A DNA stretch of 64,000 nucleotides, from assembly GCF_055900595.2 (NCBI RefSeq), contig NZ_CM148325.1; one strand, given 5' to 3'. Below are positions 48,033-59,928 of the stretch, one piece after another. Under the pieces are notes generated by a model. The model did no database searches. It was not told the DNA's origin and worked only from the letters and a program-made list of their open reading frames with translations. The position numbers and the translations under genes are program-made. Each line of letters opens with the position of its first letter. The stretch's first letter is position 1.

Positions 48033-48120
48033 AGGTATAACCTGCGAGCATGACGCCACCAATTCCGCCTAACGCCATAAAAAGGAACAGGGCGATGACC
48101 CCAATTTTAGCTATGCGCAT
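48013..48120 (-). CDS. yohO: Small membrane protein YohO (35 aa)
   Basis: Minus strand encodes [35 protein letters not shown]; 3' end overlaps yehW 3' end by 20 nt; below ORF-track cutoff. Confidence 0.75.
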
Positions 48121-48179
48121 AATGCACTCCTTATGTTAACGAAAGGATTGTACAGTAAAGCGCATTTGTTAACGAATCA

Positions 48180-48911
48180 TTAAATGCCGAGTGGGAAAAT
48201 ATCATGGCCTTGTTCCTGCCAACTGGTAAGTTGCTGCTGTTGGGCAGAGGTTCGATTTTCACCGCACCACACCAGCAATGTACGGCCTTCGAACAGTTCA
48301 GGGCGTAGTTGATTGAGCGAGTGGGCGAGGACATCAATGCGCCATCCTTGTTGACTGGCAATCCAGCCCTCTAGCCACAGACGGGTGGTATCCTGAATAT
48401 TCCAGCCAACCACCAGCGCATCTTTACCTTGTTTTTTACGTGCCGAAGCCAGACAAATGGCGATGTAGTTGATCAGTACGCCGTCGAGGATCGCCAGCAG
48501 CGCCTGGAGAGTCGGTTGTTGGCACTGAAGTCGTCGGCGCAGAGGAATAAACAGGTGCGTGGTGAGTGTCTGGGCGGGGTAATCCTGACCGCGCTCTTTG
48601 ATCCACGTTCGCAGGCTATGCAGATTGCCGCTTTGCAGGTAAGTCAGTAATGTTTCTTGCTGATCGCGCCAGCCGTTCTGCACATCAACATTTTCATTAC
48701 TGAGCAGCATTTTAACTTTGCTGACCTGCACGCCGTTGTCGATCCAGCGTTTGATCTCGCGGATCCGGTCAATATCGGCATCATTGAACAGCCGATGACC
48801 GCCGTCTGTCCGTTGCGGTTTCAGCAATCCGTAACGCCTCTGCCACGCGCGTAACGTGACAGGGTTAATATCACAAAGCAACGCCACTTCACCAATTGTG
48901 TAAAGCGCCAT
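48180..48911 (-). CDS. mlrA: MerR-family regulator MlrA (csgD activator)
   Basis: 243 aa MALYTIGEVALLCDINPVTLRAWQRRYGLLKPQRTDGGHRLF... Confidence 0.92.
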   Translation of the reverse strand: MALYTIGEVALLCDINPVTLRAWQRRYGLLKPQRTDGGHRLFNDADIDRIREIKRWIDNGVQVSKVKMLLSNENVDVQNGWRDQQETLLTYLQSGNLHSLRTWIKERGQDYPAQTLTTHLFIPLRRRLQCQQPTLQALLAILDGVLINYIAICLASARKKQGKDALVVGWNIQDTTRLWLEGWIASQQGWRIDVLAHSLNQLRPELFEGRTLLVWCGENRTSAQQQQLTSWQEQGHDIFPLGI

Positions 48912-49132
48912 CGTCTCACCCTTGCTCGCGAGGTCCCAGTTTAACTTTAGACGCAGTTTTGCGAACCAGGTAGTTTTGCCCGTTTTTTGTTCATCTATAG
49001 GGTGATTTTATTTTTGCCAGGCGATTTTGAGTGATCGTACTCACGAATTCTCATTTTTCTGCAAGAGTTCAAAGAAAGTTAAACGCAGGCAATGTATGTT
49101 ACGCGTTTTAAAGGGAAGTGTGGTTTGCGGGT

Positions 49133-50818
49133 ATGTACGATTTTAATCTGGTGTTGCTGCTGCTTCAGCAGATGTGCGTTTTTTTAGTCATTGCGTGGTT
49201 AATGAGTAAAACGCCATTATTCATACCGTTAATGCAGGTCACGGTTCGTCTGCCGCATAAATTTCTCTGCTACATCGTCTTTTCCATCTTCTGCATCATG
49301 GGCACCTGGTTTGGGCTGCATATTGACGATTCTATTGCCAATACCCGTGCGATAGGCGCGGTAATGGGCGGCTTACTCGGCGGTCCGGTCGTCGGTGGGC
49401 TGGTTGGTCTGACCGGCGGGTTACATCGATATTCGATGGGGGGCATGACCGCGCTAAGTTGCATGATCTCGACCATCGTTGAAGGATTGCTCGGCGGCCT
49501 GGTACACAGCATCCTGATCCGTCGCGGGCGCACTGATAAAGTCTTTAACCCCATTACCGCCGGTGCCGTCACGTTCGTCGCTGAAATGGTGCAAATGTTG
49601 ATCATCCTGGCGATCGCCCGACCTTATGAAGATGCGGTGCGTCTGGTGAGTAATATTGCTGCGCCAATGATGGTCACCAATACCGTCGGCGCGGCGCTGT
49701 TTATGCGTATATTGCTCGATAAACGCGCGATGTTTGAAAAATACACTTCGGCTTTTTCTGCTACTGCGCTGAAAGTGGCTGCCTCGACGGAAGGCATTTT
49801 GCGCCAGGGGTTTAACGAAGTGAACAGCATGAAAGTGGCACAGGTGCTGTATCAGGAGCTGGATATTGGTGCAGTCGCGATTACCGATCGAGAGAAATTG
49901 CTGGCCTTTACCGGAATTGGTGACGACCACCATTTACCCGGCAAACCGATTTCTTCGACTTATACCTTAAAAGCGATTGAAACCGGTGAAGTGGTCTACG
50001 CCGATGGCAACGAAGTGCCTTACCGTTGCTCGTTGCATCCGCAATGCAAACTGGGTTCGACGCTGGTAATTCCGTTGCGTGGTGAAAATCAGCGGGTGAT
50101 GGGTACCATCAAATTGTATGAAGCCAAAAACCGTTTATTCAGTTCAATCAACCGCACGCTGGGCGAGGGGATTGCGCAACTGCTTTCGGCGCAGATCCTC
50201 GCCGGGCAATATGAGCGGCAAAAAGCGATGCTCACCCAGTCAGAGATCAAACTGCTTCACGCCCAGGTGAACCCCCATTTTCTGTTCAATGCGCTTAACA
50301 CCATTAAAGCGGTGATCCGACGCGACAGCGAACAGGCCAGTCAGCTGGTGCAGTATCTTTCCACTTTTTTCCGTAAAAACTTAAAGCGGCCTTCGGAGTT
50401 TGTTACTCTCGCCGACGAAATTGAACATGTGAACGCTTATCTGCAAATTGAAAAGGAGCGCTTCCAGTCGCGGTTGCAGGTCAGCATTGCTATTCCGCAA
50501 GAATTATCCCAGCAGCAATTGCCCGCGTTTACCCTGCAACCGATTGTGGAAAACGCCATTAAACATGGGACATCACAACTGCTGGATACAGGGCGAGTAG
50601 CAATCAGCGCCCGACGTGAGGGGCAACATTTGATGCTGGAGATCGAAGACAATGCTGGCTTGTATCAACCGGTAACCAATGCCAGCGGGCTGGGGATGAA
50701 TCTGGTGGATAAGCGTTTACGTGAACGGTTTGGCGATGACTATGGGATAAGCGTCGCCTGTGAACCTGATAATTACACCCGAATAACGTTACGACTGCCA
50801 TGGAGGGACGAGGCATGA
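49133..50818 (+). CDS. btsS: LytS-type sensor histidine kinase (pyruvate-sensing BtsS/YehU)
   Basis: [26 protein letters not shown]...; 5TM-LytS, GAF, His kinase. Confidence 0.9.
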   Translation: MYDFNLVLLLLQQMCVFLVIAWLMSKTPLFIPLMQVTVRLPHKFLCYIVFSIFCIMGTWFGLHIDDSIANTRAIGAVMGGLLGGPVVGGLVGLTGGLHRYSMGGMTALSCMISTIVEGLLGGLVHSILIRRGRTDKVFNPITAGAVTFVAEMVQMLIILAIARPYEDAVRLVSNIAAPMMVTNTVGAALFMRILLDKRAMFEKYTSAFSATALKVAASTEGILRQGFNEVNSMKVAQVLYQELDIGAVAITDREKLLAFTGIGDDHHLPGKPISSTYTLKAIETGEVVYADGNEVPYRCSLHPQCKLGSTLVIPLRGENQRVMGTIKLYEAKNRLFSSINRTLGEGIAQLLSAQILAGQYERQKAMLTQSEIKLLHAQVNPHFLFNALNTIKAVIRRDSEQASQLVQYLSTFFRKNLKRPSEFVTLADEIEHVNAYLQIEKERFQSRLQVSIAIPQELSQQQLPAFTLQPIVENAIKHGTSQLLDTGRVAISARREGQHLMLEIEDNAGLYQPVTNASGLGMNLVDKRLRERFGDDYGISVACEPDNYTRITLRLPWRDEA

Positions 50819-51534
50819 TTAAAGTCTTAATTGTCGATGACGAACCGTTAGCACGGGAGAACCTGCGCGTATTTTTGCAGGAGCAGAGTGATATTGAAAT
50901 TGTCGGCGAGTGTTCAAACGCTGTAGAAGGGATCGGCGCGGTGCATAAACTGCGCCCGGACGTGCTGTTCCTCGATATCCAGATGCCGCGCATCAGTGGT
51001 CTGGAAATGGTGGGAATGCTCGACCCGGAACATCGTCCGTATATCGTTTTTCTCACCGCGTTTGACGAATACGCCATTAAAGCCTTTGAAGAACATGCAT
51101 TTGATTATCTCCTGAAGCCAATTGATGAAGCGCGGCTGGAGAAAACGCTGGCGCGTTTGCGTCAGGAGCGCAGCAAGCAGGATGTTTCGCTGTTACCGGA
51201 AAATCAACAGGCGCTGAAATTTATCCCTTGTACGGGGCATAGTCGGATTTATTTGCTGCAAATGAGAGATGTAGCATTTGTCAGCAGTCGGATGAGCGGT
51301 GTCTACGTTACCAGCCACGAAGGGAAAGAAGGTTTTACCGAACTGACTTTGCGCACCCTGGAGAGCCGTACACCACTACTGCGCTGCCATCGTCAGTATC
51401 TGGTTAACCTCGCGCATTTACAGGAGATTCGCCTGGAAGATAACGGTCAGGCTGAGTTGATTTTGCGTAATGGTTTAACCGTCCCTGTCAGCCGCCGCTA
51501 TCTGAAAAGTTTAAAAGAGGCGATTGGCCTGTAA
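50815..51534 (+). CDS. btsR: LytTR-family response regulator BtsR/YehT
   Basis: [18 protein letters not shown]...; 4 nt overlap with btsS. Confidence 0.92.
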   Translation: MIKVLIVDDEPLARENLRVFLQEQSDIEIVGECSNAVEGIGAVHKLRPDVLFLDIQMPRISGLEMVGMLDPEHRPYIVFLTAFDEYAIKAFEEHAFDYLLKPIDEARLEKTLARLRQERSKQDVSLLPENQQALKFIPCTGHSRIYLLQMRDVAFVSSRMSGVYVTSHEGKEGFTELTLRTLESRTPLLRCHRQYLVNLAHLQEIRLEDNGQAELILRNGLTVPVSRRYLKSLKEAIGL

Positions 51535-51580
51535 AAGACTGCTAAAATGGCTTTTTGCCTCATCAACACCTGAAGGCCTC

Positions 51581-52051
51581 ATGCTTAGTAATGATATTCT
51601 GCGCAGCGTGCGCTACATTTTGAAAGCCAATAATAACGACCTGGTGCGCATTCTGGCGCTGGGTAATGTCGAAGCCACTGCGGAACAGATCGCCGTCTGG
51701 CTACGCAAAGAAGACGAAGAAGGGTTTCAGCGTTGTCCGGACATTGTTCTGTCTTCATTCCTGAATGGCCTGATTTATGAAAAACGTGGCAAGGATGAGT
51801 CAGCGCCGGCACTGGAGCCGGAACGTCGCATTAATAACAACATCGTGCTGAAAAAATTACGTATCGCGTTTTCGCTGAAAACTGATGATATTCTGGCGAT
51901 CCTTACCGAACAGCAGTTCCGCGTTTCGATGCCGGAAATTACGGCGATGATGCGTGCACCGGATCATAAAAACTTCCGCGAATGCGGCGATCAATTTTTA
52001 CGTTATTTTTTGCGTGGACTGGCAGCGCGCCAGCATGTGAAGAAAAGCTAA
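51581..52051 (+). CDS. yehS: DUF1456 protein YehS
   Basis: MLSNDILRSVRYILKANNNDLVRILALG... (156 aa from internal ATG). Confidence 0.85.
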   Translation: MLSNDILRSVRYILKANNNDLVRILALGNVEATAEQIAVWLRKEDEEGFQRCPDIVLSSFLNGLIYEKRGKDESAPALEPERRINNNIVLKKLRIAFSLKTDDILAILTEQQFRVSMPEITAMMRAPDHKNFRECGDQFLRYFLRGLAARQHVKKS

Positions 52052-52060
52052 GACGGGCAT

Positions 52061-52087
52061 GGCGGCCATGCGAAAAACATGGCCGCC
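52061..52087. terminator. Bidirectional hairpin terminator between convergent yehS and yehR
   Basis: GGCGGCCATG-CGAAAAA-CATGGCCGCC, perfect 10 bp stem. Confidence 0.75.
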
Positions 52088-52093
52088 GACAGA

Positions 52094-52555
52094 TTATTTC
52101 ACTTCTTTAAAACCAGCGGCTTTCATCACCAGTTCCATTTGCGCCATAGTGATACCTTTTTTGGCATCTTCAGCAGAAACGTTGATACCTGAAATACCCT
52201 GCAGGGCTTTAAAATCAACTTTTTCCATATCGATAGTCACGTTTTCCTGAGCATAAGTATCGGTAAAGGTTAATTTTTCTTCAACGCCAGGGATATTTTT
52301 ATATTTGGCACTTAACGGCTCAAGTGTCTTGGCAGCATCTTCTTTGGTGGTTGCACCAATGGAGGCAAATTGAATTTTGGTTTCAGAAGATTGCTTAAGA
52401 ACCTTGTCACCTTTGTAGACATAGGTAATAGCAATTTCAGTACCGTTCAGATTAGCGCTAAATTTCTTCGATTCTTCTTTGTCACCGCAGCCAGCAAGAG
52501 AGAAAACCAGAACAGATGCAACAACAAGGGAAAACAGCTTATTGAAAGCCTTCAT
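52094..52555 (-). CDS. yehR: Lipoprotein YehR (DUF1307)
   Basis: MKAFNKLFSLVVASVLVFSLAGC (lipobox) ...; 153 aa. Confidence 0.88.
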   Translation of the reverse strand: MKAFNKLFSLVVASVLVFSLAGCGDKEESKKFSANLNGTEIAITYVYKGDKVLKQSSETKIQFASIGATTKEDAAKTLEPLSAKYKNIPGVEEKLTFTDTYAQENVTIDMEKVDFKALQGISGINVSAEDAKKGITMAQMELVMKAAGFKEVK

Positions 52556-52686
52556 GTAAAACTCCATTTTATTTAATCAAGGAACTGGTGACCACACCAG
52601 GGGCCATATAGGATATGCCTAATACCTTGGCGTGAGCAGTCCGGAACTGGAGTAGAACTCTTTGTAAAAAGCACTATTTGTCCTTG

Positions 52687-55051
52687 TTACTCAAGCAAGG
52701 TTAATAATTGTTCGCAAAGCAAAACGCAGTTATTCATTGCATCTCCCCGTGCCTCGCCTTCTGTATTACGAAATTGTCCCAACACATGTGCCAGCCGATA
52801 AAAACCCACCGCAGTGAGGTCATTCGCCAGCAACTCTGCCTGACCAATAGCACTCTGTTCCTGATAGCGCCAGCCGTTATGGAGCAGTTGAATAAGTAAC
52901 GCCTGGCAGCGCATCAGCAACTGATGAGCGGTAGACGGCACAGGCAAAACGCTGGCAGAAGGTAGCGGTGCCACAGGCGCAGTTTCTGCGTCCAGCGCCC
53001 AGGCGAGGGTTTGCGTCATCATTACTCGTGGTTCCAGTGTCAATTGCCCCTCAGCAAAATTGATAAACCCAGAAACCAGACTAACGGGATCTTCTGTTTG
53101 TTGTAACAGAGCTGCCATGCGTTCAACAGCAAAGGGCGCACTGGCTGAAGCTGGCAGTGATAACGTCAGCACATTATCTTCACCTTCGCCACTGATTACC
53201 TGCGCATTCTGCTTTCAGCGCGGGGAAATCGAAACGTAACAGGGCCTCAACTGCGCTTTGTGGCATTATTTTTTTTTCGTATTGTTCTTCTCCGGTTCTG
53301 CTCCATTCCTTAAACCCCAGTAGCCAAAGGATTTGCTGTTCTGGCGTTAAAGGGATGAAAGACGTTTCCCAGCTTTCCTTTTCAATTAGTGGCAGATCGG
53401 TAAATAAGGTTTGCTGTGATGCCTGATATTTCGCGATTTCACTGAATCTGGATATGTCAGTGTGACTGATTAACTCTGTAATTCCAGGTGTGATGTCAGT
53501 GACGGAAGGGATGGGAAGTACCGGTAAATCAAATACGGGTATTACATTCTTTTTCTTATTTATTGCCCACGGTGGAGCGACAAGCAGCTCTGGCAACATA
53601 TCCGCAGTGGCATACTCACATTCTTCAGCGACTGACTGAGGACGACATTCAGATAATATGCCTGCCGCCTTAGCATTAACCCAGGGAATGACGTCGCATA
53701 CTAACTCTGGCGTGACGGTAACCAGTTTGACAAGCGCGTTGCGCCACTGTGCGTCTTCATGTATTGCCAGCAAAGTTGCATAAGCGGCAATAGCCGCAGC
53801 GGGATGTTTTTGGCAGGCTTTGCTTAAGTATTCCAGGTGCTTTTTCTTGCTATTTACACCGAGGATCAGAATTTGAATCGCATCCGGGTGATTCGTTTTC
53901 CATAGCCATTTGACAAGATCTTCAGTCTCGCTGATGCGCTCGAAGAGATAAGTGGGATTGTCAGAATGCTCTTCCACAAACTCAGTAAGTATCCGGCTTA
54001 CACCGCGCACGCCATTATTCGCCAGCAACATTGCCAGATAAGCGCGAAAATCACGATGCAATGGTGGGAAGTCGTATTTTTCGGTTGTAGTGGGAGCAGC
54101 GTCATTGGTTACCACCAGTCTTAACCAGGTCATCGCAGGGACGTTTTGATCTGCATAATGTAGCGCCATAGCATTGGCAATATCCGGGCGTTCAGGGATC
54201 AGTAATGCAGCAAAAGGTTGCCGTGCGGGGGATAGCGTCGGAATAGCAGTAAGCACTTTATCCACACAGCGTTGCCACTCATCTTCTGAAGCGAGTGAAA
54301 GATGATGACATAGACGTTGATGCCAACTCGGTAGCGATTCTGCTTCGTGATTAGGTGGAATGATGGTGGTTACTGCGCCTTTTACTGGTTTATATTTGAG
54401 TTGAAGAGCGAGAAGGGCGATTTCAACGGCACTTTCCAGACCACAGCGAATGACTAAGTCATCGACCAGTTCATCTTGAGAGTAAGAGTTCCAAAAGCCC
54501 CAGAGCAATGCTGCATCAGATTGCGCACTCCCTGTCGGTTGATTACCCTGAACTCGCATTTGTAACTCAGCAAAAGCCTGCTGCCAGTTTTCTGGATAAG
54601 AGCGGTAATTATTGTCGGGGTCATATGCCCTCGTGTTATTCGCGATGCGCTTCCATATTTGGCCATCTTTGTGCAGATAATTGATATCTCTGGGGCGAGA
54701 GCGATGTGGAAAAGCAAATCGGTTAATATCGTCGGTTAGCGGAATGGCTGCATCATCAGCCAGCCATGGGCGTTTGTTTTTACTCTCAGGTGAAGTTTCA
54801 ACTTCAGGAGTGACTTTGGTGACGGGGGGGATATGTACGTTTGCCGAAGCGTCTTCCACATAGCCTTTTTTCGTTTTCTCAGCGATAAGCTTCAGTTCCG
54901 CTTTTTCCGCCGCCGCAGCATCCGCAAAGCTTTTTATCTGGCTTTGCCCTTGGGTGCCAACTTTTCCCCAACTGATATGCAACTCGTTACCTTGCTGCCC
55001 CACCGCCCAGAATTTATGCGATTTTTCGTCCTGATAGATATAACTCTTCAT
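52687..55051 (-). pseudogene. molR/yehQ-like gene with N-terminal WGR domain, split into 623 aa and 161 aa ORFs by an apparent +1 frameshift near 53173-53205
   Basis: N-terminus SHKFWAVGQQGNELHISWGKVGTQGQ is WGR-like; two same-strand ORFs overlap in different frames with a 30 nt window where a single indel would fuse them. Confidence 0.55.
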
Positions 55052-55191
55052 CCGCGTTCCCTGTATTTATATCCAGTTATAAGCGGATGCTAGCAGTTAA
55101 TGAAAAAAATTAAGAGCGTTGAACAAACAAGAAAACAACTTTAGGAATTCATAAAGAAAAGGCGCTGTCGATGCAGCGCCTTGAAGGGGGA

Positions 55192-57225
55192 TTATTTCAC
55201 CTGATGGCCCGGTTTAGCACCGGCATCCGGGCTTAGCAGGAAGATATCTTTCCCGCCAGGACCGGCAGCCATCACCATGCCTTCGGAGATACCGAAGCGC
55301 ATTTTACGTGGTGCCAGGTTAGCCACCATAATGGTGTGACGACCAATCAGTGCCTGCGGATCCGGGTAAGCAGAACGAATGCCGGAGAAGACATTGCGTT
55401 TTTCACCGCCGAGATCCAGCGTCAGGCGCAGCAGTTTGTCAGAACCTTCAACAAACTCTGCGTTTTCGATCAACGCCACGCGCAGGTCAACTTTGGCGAA
55501 GTCGTCAAAGGTGATGGTTTCCTGAATCGGATCATCTGCCAGCGGGCCAGTAACTGGTGCGGCAGTGGCTTTCACTTCTTCTTTAGATGCTTCCACCAGT
55601 GCTTCAACCTGCTTCATGTCAATACGGTTATACAGCGCCTTGAACGGATTCACTTTGTGGCCCAGCAGCGGTTGCTGGATACCATGCCAGGTCAGTTCCG
55701 TATTGAGGAATGCTTCTGCACGCTCGGTCAGTTTCGGCAGTACCGGCTTCAGGTAAGTCATCAGCACGCGGAACAGGTTTATGCCCATCGAGCAAATTGC
55801 CTGCAGGTCGGCATCGCGGCCTTCCTGTTTCGCCACCACCCACGGAGCCTGTTCATCGACATAGCGGTTAGCCAGATCAGCCAGCGCCATAATTTCGCGC
55901 ACTGCTTTACCAAATTCGCGGCTTTCCCATGCTTCACCAATCACTTCAGCGGCATCCGTGAAGGTTTTGTACAACTGCGGGTCAGCCAGTTCGCTTGCCA
56001 ACACGCCGTCAAAACGCTTGTTGATAAAGCCCGCGTTACGGGATGCCAGGTTTACAACCTTATTAACGATATCGGCATTCACGCGCTGGACGAAATCCTC
56101 GAGGTTGAGATCGATATCATCAATGCGCGAAGAGAGTTTCGCAGTGTAGTAGTAACGCAGGCTGTCAGCGTCAAAATGATTCAGCCAGGTGCTGGCTTTA
56201 ATAAAGGTGCCGCGAGACTTGGACATCTTCGCGCCGTTCACCGTTACATAGCCGTGAACAAACAGGTTGGTCGGCTTGCGGAAGTTGCTACCTTCCAACA
56301 TGGCAGGCCAGAACAGGCTGTGGAAGTAAACAATATCTTTACCGATGAAGTGGTACAGCTCGGCGGTGGAGTCTTTCTTCCAGTATTCATCGAAGCTTAC
56401 GCTGTCGCCGCGCTTGTCACACAGATTCTTGAAAGAACCCATGTAGCCAATCGGTGCGTCCAGCCAGACGTAGAAATATTTGCCCGGCGCGTTCGGAATT
56501 TCAAAACCGAAGTAAGGGGCGTCGCGGGAGATATCCCATTGTTGCAGGCCAGATTCAAACCACTCCTGCATTTTGTTTGCCACCTGCTCCTGCAACGCAC
56601 CGCTGCGGGTCCATGCCTGCAGCATTTCGCTGAAAGAGGGCAGATCAAAGAAGAAGTGTTCAGAATCACGCATTACCGGGGTAGCGCCAGAAACCACCGA
56701 TTTCGGCTCGATCAGTTCAGTCGGGCTGTAGGTCGCGCCGCAGACTTCGCAGTTATCGCCGTATTGATCCGGGGATTTACATTTCGGGCAGGTGCCTTTT
56801 ACAAAACGGTCCGGCAGGAACATGCCTTTTTCCGGATCGTACAGCTGAGAGATGGTGCGGTTTTTAATAAAACCGTTTTCTTTCAGGCGAGAGTAGATAA
56901 GTTCTGACAACTGGCGGTTCTCTTCGCTGTGCGTCGAGTGATAGTTGTCATAGCTGATGTTAAAGCCTGCGAAATCAGTCTGATGCTCCTGACTCATTTC
57001 GCCAATCATCTGCTCCGGAGTGATACCAAGCTGCTGAGCTTTCAACATGATTGGTGTACCGTGGGCATCGTCGGCGCAGATGAAGTTGACCTCGTGGCCG
57101 CGCATTCGCTGGTAACGGACCCAGACATCAGCCTGGATGTGCTCCAGCATATGGCCGAGGTGGATTGAGCCGTTAGCGTACGGCAGTGCGCACGTCACCA
57201 GAATTTTCTTCGCGACTTGAGTCAT
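55192..57225 (-). CDS. metG: Methionyl-tRNA synthetase
   Basis: [28 protein letters not shown]... (HIGH motif), KMSKS present; 677 aa. Confidence 0.96.
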   Translation of the reverse strand: MTQVAKKILVTCALPYANGSIHLGHMLEHIQADVWVRYQRMRGHEVNFICADDAHGTPIMLKAQQLGITPEQMIGEMSQEHQTDFAGFNISYDNYHSTHSEENRQLSELIYSRLKENGFIKNRTISQLYDPEKGMFLPDRFVKGTCPKCKSPDQYGDNCEVCGATYSPTELIEPKSVVSGATPVMRDSEHFFFDLPSFSEMLQAWTRSGALQEQVANKMQEWFESGLQQWDISRDAPYFGFEIPNAPGKYFYVWLDAPIGYMGSFKNLCDKRGDSVSFDEYWKKDSTAELYHFIGKDIVYFHSLFWPAMLEGSNFRKPTNLFVHGYVTVNGAKMSKSRGTFIKASTWLNHFDADSLRYYYTAKLSSRIDDIDLNLEDFVQRVNADIVNKVVNLASRNAGFINKRFDGVLASELADPQLYKTFTDAAEVIGEAWESREFGKAVREIMALADLANRYVDEQAPWVVAKQEGRDADLQAICSMGINLFRVLMTYLKPVLPKLTERAEAFLNTELTWHGIQQPLLGHKVNPFKALYNRIDMKQVEALVEASKEEVKATAAPVTGPLADDPIQETITFDDFAKVDLRVALIENAEFVEGSDKLLRLTLDLGGEKRNVFSGIRSAYPDPQALIGRHTIMVANLAPRKMRFGISEGMVMAAGPGGKDIFLLSPDAGAKPGHQVK

Positions 57226-57356
57226 AGTAGGCATTACTTCTTAATAGTGAAAAGGGGTTAGATAGTACCAAATGGGAAAATGTTAAGTAAGTACTTCTCT
57301 ATATTCTTCAGGTAAACTATCAGCTGATGGTTTATCTATACAAAAAAGGAGTCGGG

Positions 57357-58466
57357 ATGAACGAACAATCCCAGGCCAAATCACCAGAAGCCTTGCGCGC
57401 AATGGTCGCCGGGACACTGGCCAATTTTCAGCACCCAACCCTGAAGCATAACCTCACCACGCTGAAAGCGTTGCACCATGTCGCCTGGATGGACGACACG
57501 TTGCATGTGGAACTGGTTATGCCATTCGTCTGGCATAGCGCGTTCGAAGAGTTAAAAGAGCAATGTAGCGCTGAACTGCTGCGCATCACCGGGGCGAAAG
57601 CTATCGACTGGAAACTGTCGCACAATATCGCCACCTTAAAACGCGTGAAGAATCAGCCGGGAATTAACGGCGTGAAGAACATCATTGCGGTCAGCTCCGG
57701 TAAAGGCGGCGTGGGTAAATCCTCCACGGCGGTAAATCTGGCGCTGGCACTGGCGGCGGAAGGGGCGAAAGTCGGCATTCTGGACGCCGATATCTACGGC
57801 CCATCAATACCCACCATGCTGGGCGCAGAAAATCAGCGTCCAACTTCGCCGGACGGTACCCATATGGCACCGATTATGTCTCATGGACTGGCAACCAATT
57901 CAATTGGTTATCTGGTCACTGACGACAATGCGATGGTGTGGCGTGGTCCGATGGCGAGCAAGGCGTTAATGCAGATGTTGCAGGAAACCTTGTGGCCGGA
58001 TCTCGACTATCTGGTGCTTGATATGCCGCCAGGCACCGGTGACATTCAATTGACACTGGCACAAAACATTCCAGTAACTGGCGCGGTAGTGGTCACCACC
58101 CCGCAGGACATTGCGTTGATCGATGCGAAAAAAGGCATTGTGATGTTCGAGAAAGTCGAGGTTCCGGTGCTCGGTATTGTCGAGAACATGAGTGTGCATA
58201 TTTGCAGTAACTGTGGTCACCATGAACCGATTTTCGGTACCGGTGGTGCAGAGAAACTGGCCGAGAAATACCACACGCAGTTGCTGGGGCAGATGCCGTT
58301 ACACATCTCCTTACGTGAAGATCTCGATAAAGGCACGCCAACGGTTATCAGCCGTCCGGAGAGCGAATTTACTGCTATCTACCGCCAGCTGGCTGACCGC
58401 GTTGCAGCCCAGCTTTATTGGCAGGGAGAAGTCATTCCTGGCGAGATTTCCTTCCGCGCGGTCTGA
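57357..58466 (+). CDS. apbC: Fe-S cluster carrier ATPase ApbC/Mrp
   Basis: MNEQSQAKSPEALRAMV...; P-loop SGKGGVGKSS; CxxC motif. Confidence 0.93.
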   Translation: MNEQSQAKSPEALRAMVAGTLANFQHPTLKHNLTTLKALHHVAWMDDTLHVELVMPFVWHSAFEELKEQCSAELLRITGAKAIDWKLSHNIATLKRVKNQPGINGVKNIIAVSSGKGGVGKSSTAVNLALALAAEGAKVGILDADIYGPSIPTMLGAENQRPTSPDGTHMAPIMSHGLATNSIGYLVTDDNAMVWRGPMASKALMQMLQETLWPDLDYLVLDMPPGTGDIQLTLAQNIPVTGAVVVTTPQDIALIDAKKGIVMFEKVEVPVLGIVENMSVHICSNCGHHEPIFGTGGAEKLAEKYHTQLLGQMPLHISLREDLDKGTPTVISRPESEFTAIYRQLADRVAAQLYWQGEVIPGEISFRAV

Positions 58467-58496
58467 CGCGTATTAACCTTTTTGGTTGTTTTTCGT

Positions 58497-58537
58497 ACAC
58501 CGCAGAGATGTTACATTGATGCGGTGTATTTGTTTTT
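58497..58537 (+). terminator. Rho-independent terminator after apbC
   Basis: ACACCGCA-N15-TGCGGTGT followed by ATTTGTTTTT. Confidence 0.7.
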
Positions 58538-58728
58538 GCCGCATTAATGAACACTTATTTAATGCTGCGAATATTCTGCGGACCTTCGTCCGAAACTCTA
58601 TAAAGTCGATTGATTGTACAGGCAATGCTTCATTATCATCCTTCGTGGCTGTGTAGTGGATGTACAGCTATAGTTTGTTATGCACTCATTCTATCCAGGC
58701 ATAACCTTTACTACAGGGATAACGTTCA

Positions 58729-59010
58729 ATGAATAAGTACTGGCTGTCAGGAATTATTTTTCTTGCCTATGGAATGGCTTCTCCCGCGTTCTCTTTACAG
58801 ACTGCCACATTAACGATTAATGGCAGGATCAGTCCCCCAACATGCAGTATGGCAATGGTTAATGGTCAACCTCAACAGCATTGTGGTCAGTTAACGTATA
58901 ATGTTGATACTCGTCATCAGGTTTCTTCGCCAGTTAAAGGTGTGACGACAGAAGTGGTTGTTGCAGGTAGTGATAGCAAACGTCGAATCGTGTTAAATCG
59001 CTACGATTAA
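58729..59010 (+). CDS. yehE: DUF2574 small secreted protein YehE
   Basis: 93 aa with signal peptide MNKYWLSGIIFLAYGMASPAFS. Confidence 0.8.
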   Translation: MNKYWLSGIIFLAYGMASPAFSLQTATLTINGRISPPTCSMAMVNGQPQQHCGQLTYNVDTRHQVSSPVKGVTTEVVVAGSDSKRRIVLNRYD

Positions 59011-59305
59011 TTTGCCACCCTGGTTTTTTAAGCGGATTTAGAAAGCTGAAATCATTCGTGTGAATGATTTAAGCTTTTTTATTGATATTAATAATACCAT
59101 TTAAAAAAATCTGCATTAATTAATAGATGTGATAAATATTTAATATGCTTAAGTATTTGTTGTATTTATATTGCAATAGTTAATTTGTTTTAAATCAATA
59201 AAACAATATGTTTACATTGCGGCAACTTTTTTGATGTGAGAAATTTGTTTCCAAGAGATACAGACTCTTAACAACCAAAAAATAAATTTTATTAAGGAAC
59301 ATATT

Positions 59306-59848
59306 ATGAAACGTTCAATTATTGCTGCCGCTGTCTTTTCTTCTTTTTTTATGAGCGCTGGGGTATTTGCCGCAGACGTTGATACCGGAACATTAACCAT
59401 TAAAGGGAATATTGCAGAATCTCCGTGTAAATTCGAAGCGGGTGGTGATTCAGTAAGTATTAATATGCCAACTGTACCAACCACTGTCTTTGAAGGTAAA
59501 GCTAAATACTCGACCTATGATGATGCAGTCGGTGTAACCAGCAGCATGTTAAAAATTAGCTGTCCGAAAGAAGTTGCTGGTGTAAAACTCTCGTTGATTA
59601 CCAACGATAAAATAACCGGAAACGATAAGGCGATAGCCAGTAGCAACGATACCGTGGGGTACTATCTCTATTTAGGTGATAACAGCGATGTCCTGGATGT
59701 TTCTGCACCTTTTAACATTGAGAGTTATAAAACAGCGGAAGGTCAATATGCTATTCCGTTTAAAGCAAAATACCTGAAGCTGACAGATAATTCAGTGCAA
59801 TCAGGTGATGTGTTATCTTCTCTGGTTATGCGTGTGGCGCAGGATTAA
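59306..59848 (+). CDS. yehD: Fimbrial major subunit (chaperone-usher Yeh fimbriae)
   Basis: 180 aa; signal peptide MKRSIIAAAVFSSFFMSAGVFA; fimbrin-like. Confidence 0.85.
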   Translation: MKRSIIAAAVFSSFFMSAGVFAADVDTGTLTIKGNIAESPCKFEAGGDSVSINMPTVPTTVFEGKAKYSTYDDAVGVTSSMLKISCPKEVAGVKLSLITNDKITGNDKAIASSNDTVGYYLYLGDNSDVLDVSAPFNIESYKTAEGQYAIPFKAKYLKLTDNSVQSGDVLSSLVMRVAQD

Positions 59849-59884
59849 TAAATAAAATTTCAAATTTCTCCAGGTAATAAACAT

Positions 59885-59910
59885 GGCCGCTATCCCCATG
59901 GCGGCCTTTT
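59885..59910 (+). terminator. Hairpin plus T-run after yehD (attenuator before chaperone/usher genes)
   Basis: GGCCGC-N10-GCGGCC followed by TTTT. Confidence 0.6.
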
Positions 59911-59928
59911 AATTTAAGAGGCATTAAG

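Noticed and set aside
55336-56907. 523 aa plus-strand ORF
   Set aside because: Lies entirely antisense to metG, whose product is unambiguous; a long antisense ORF of this kind is a known artefact in GC-balanced coding DNA.
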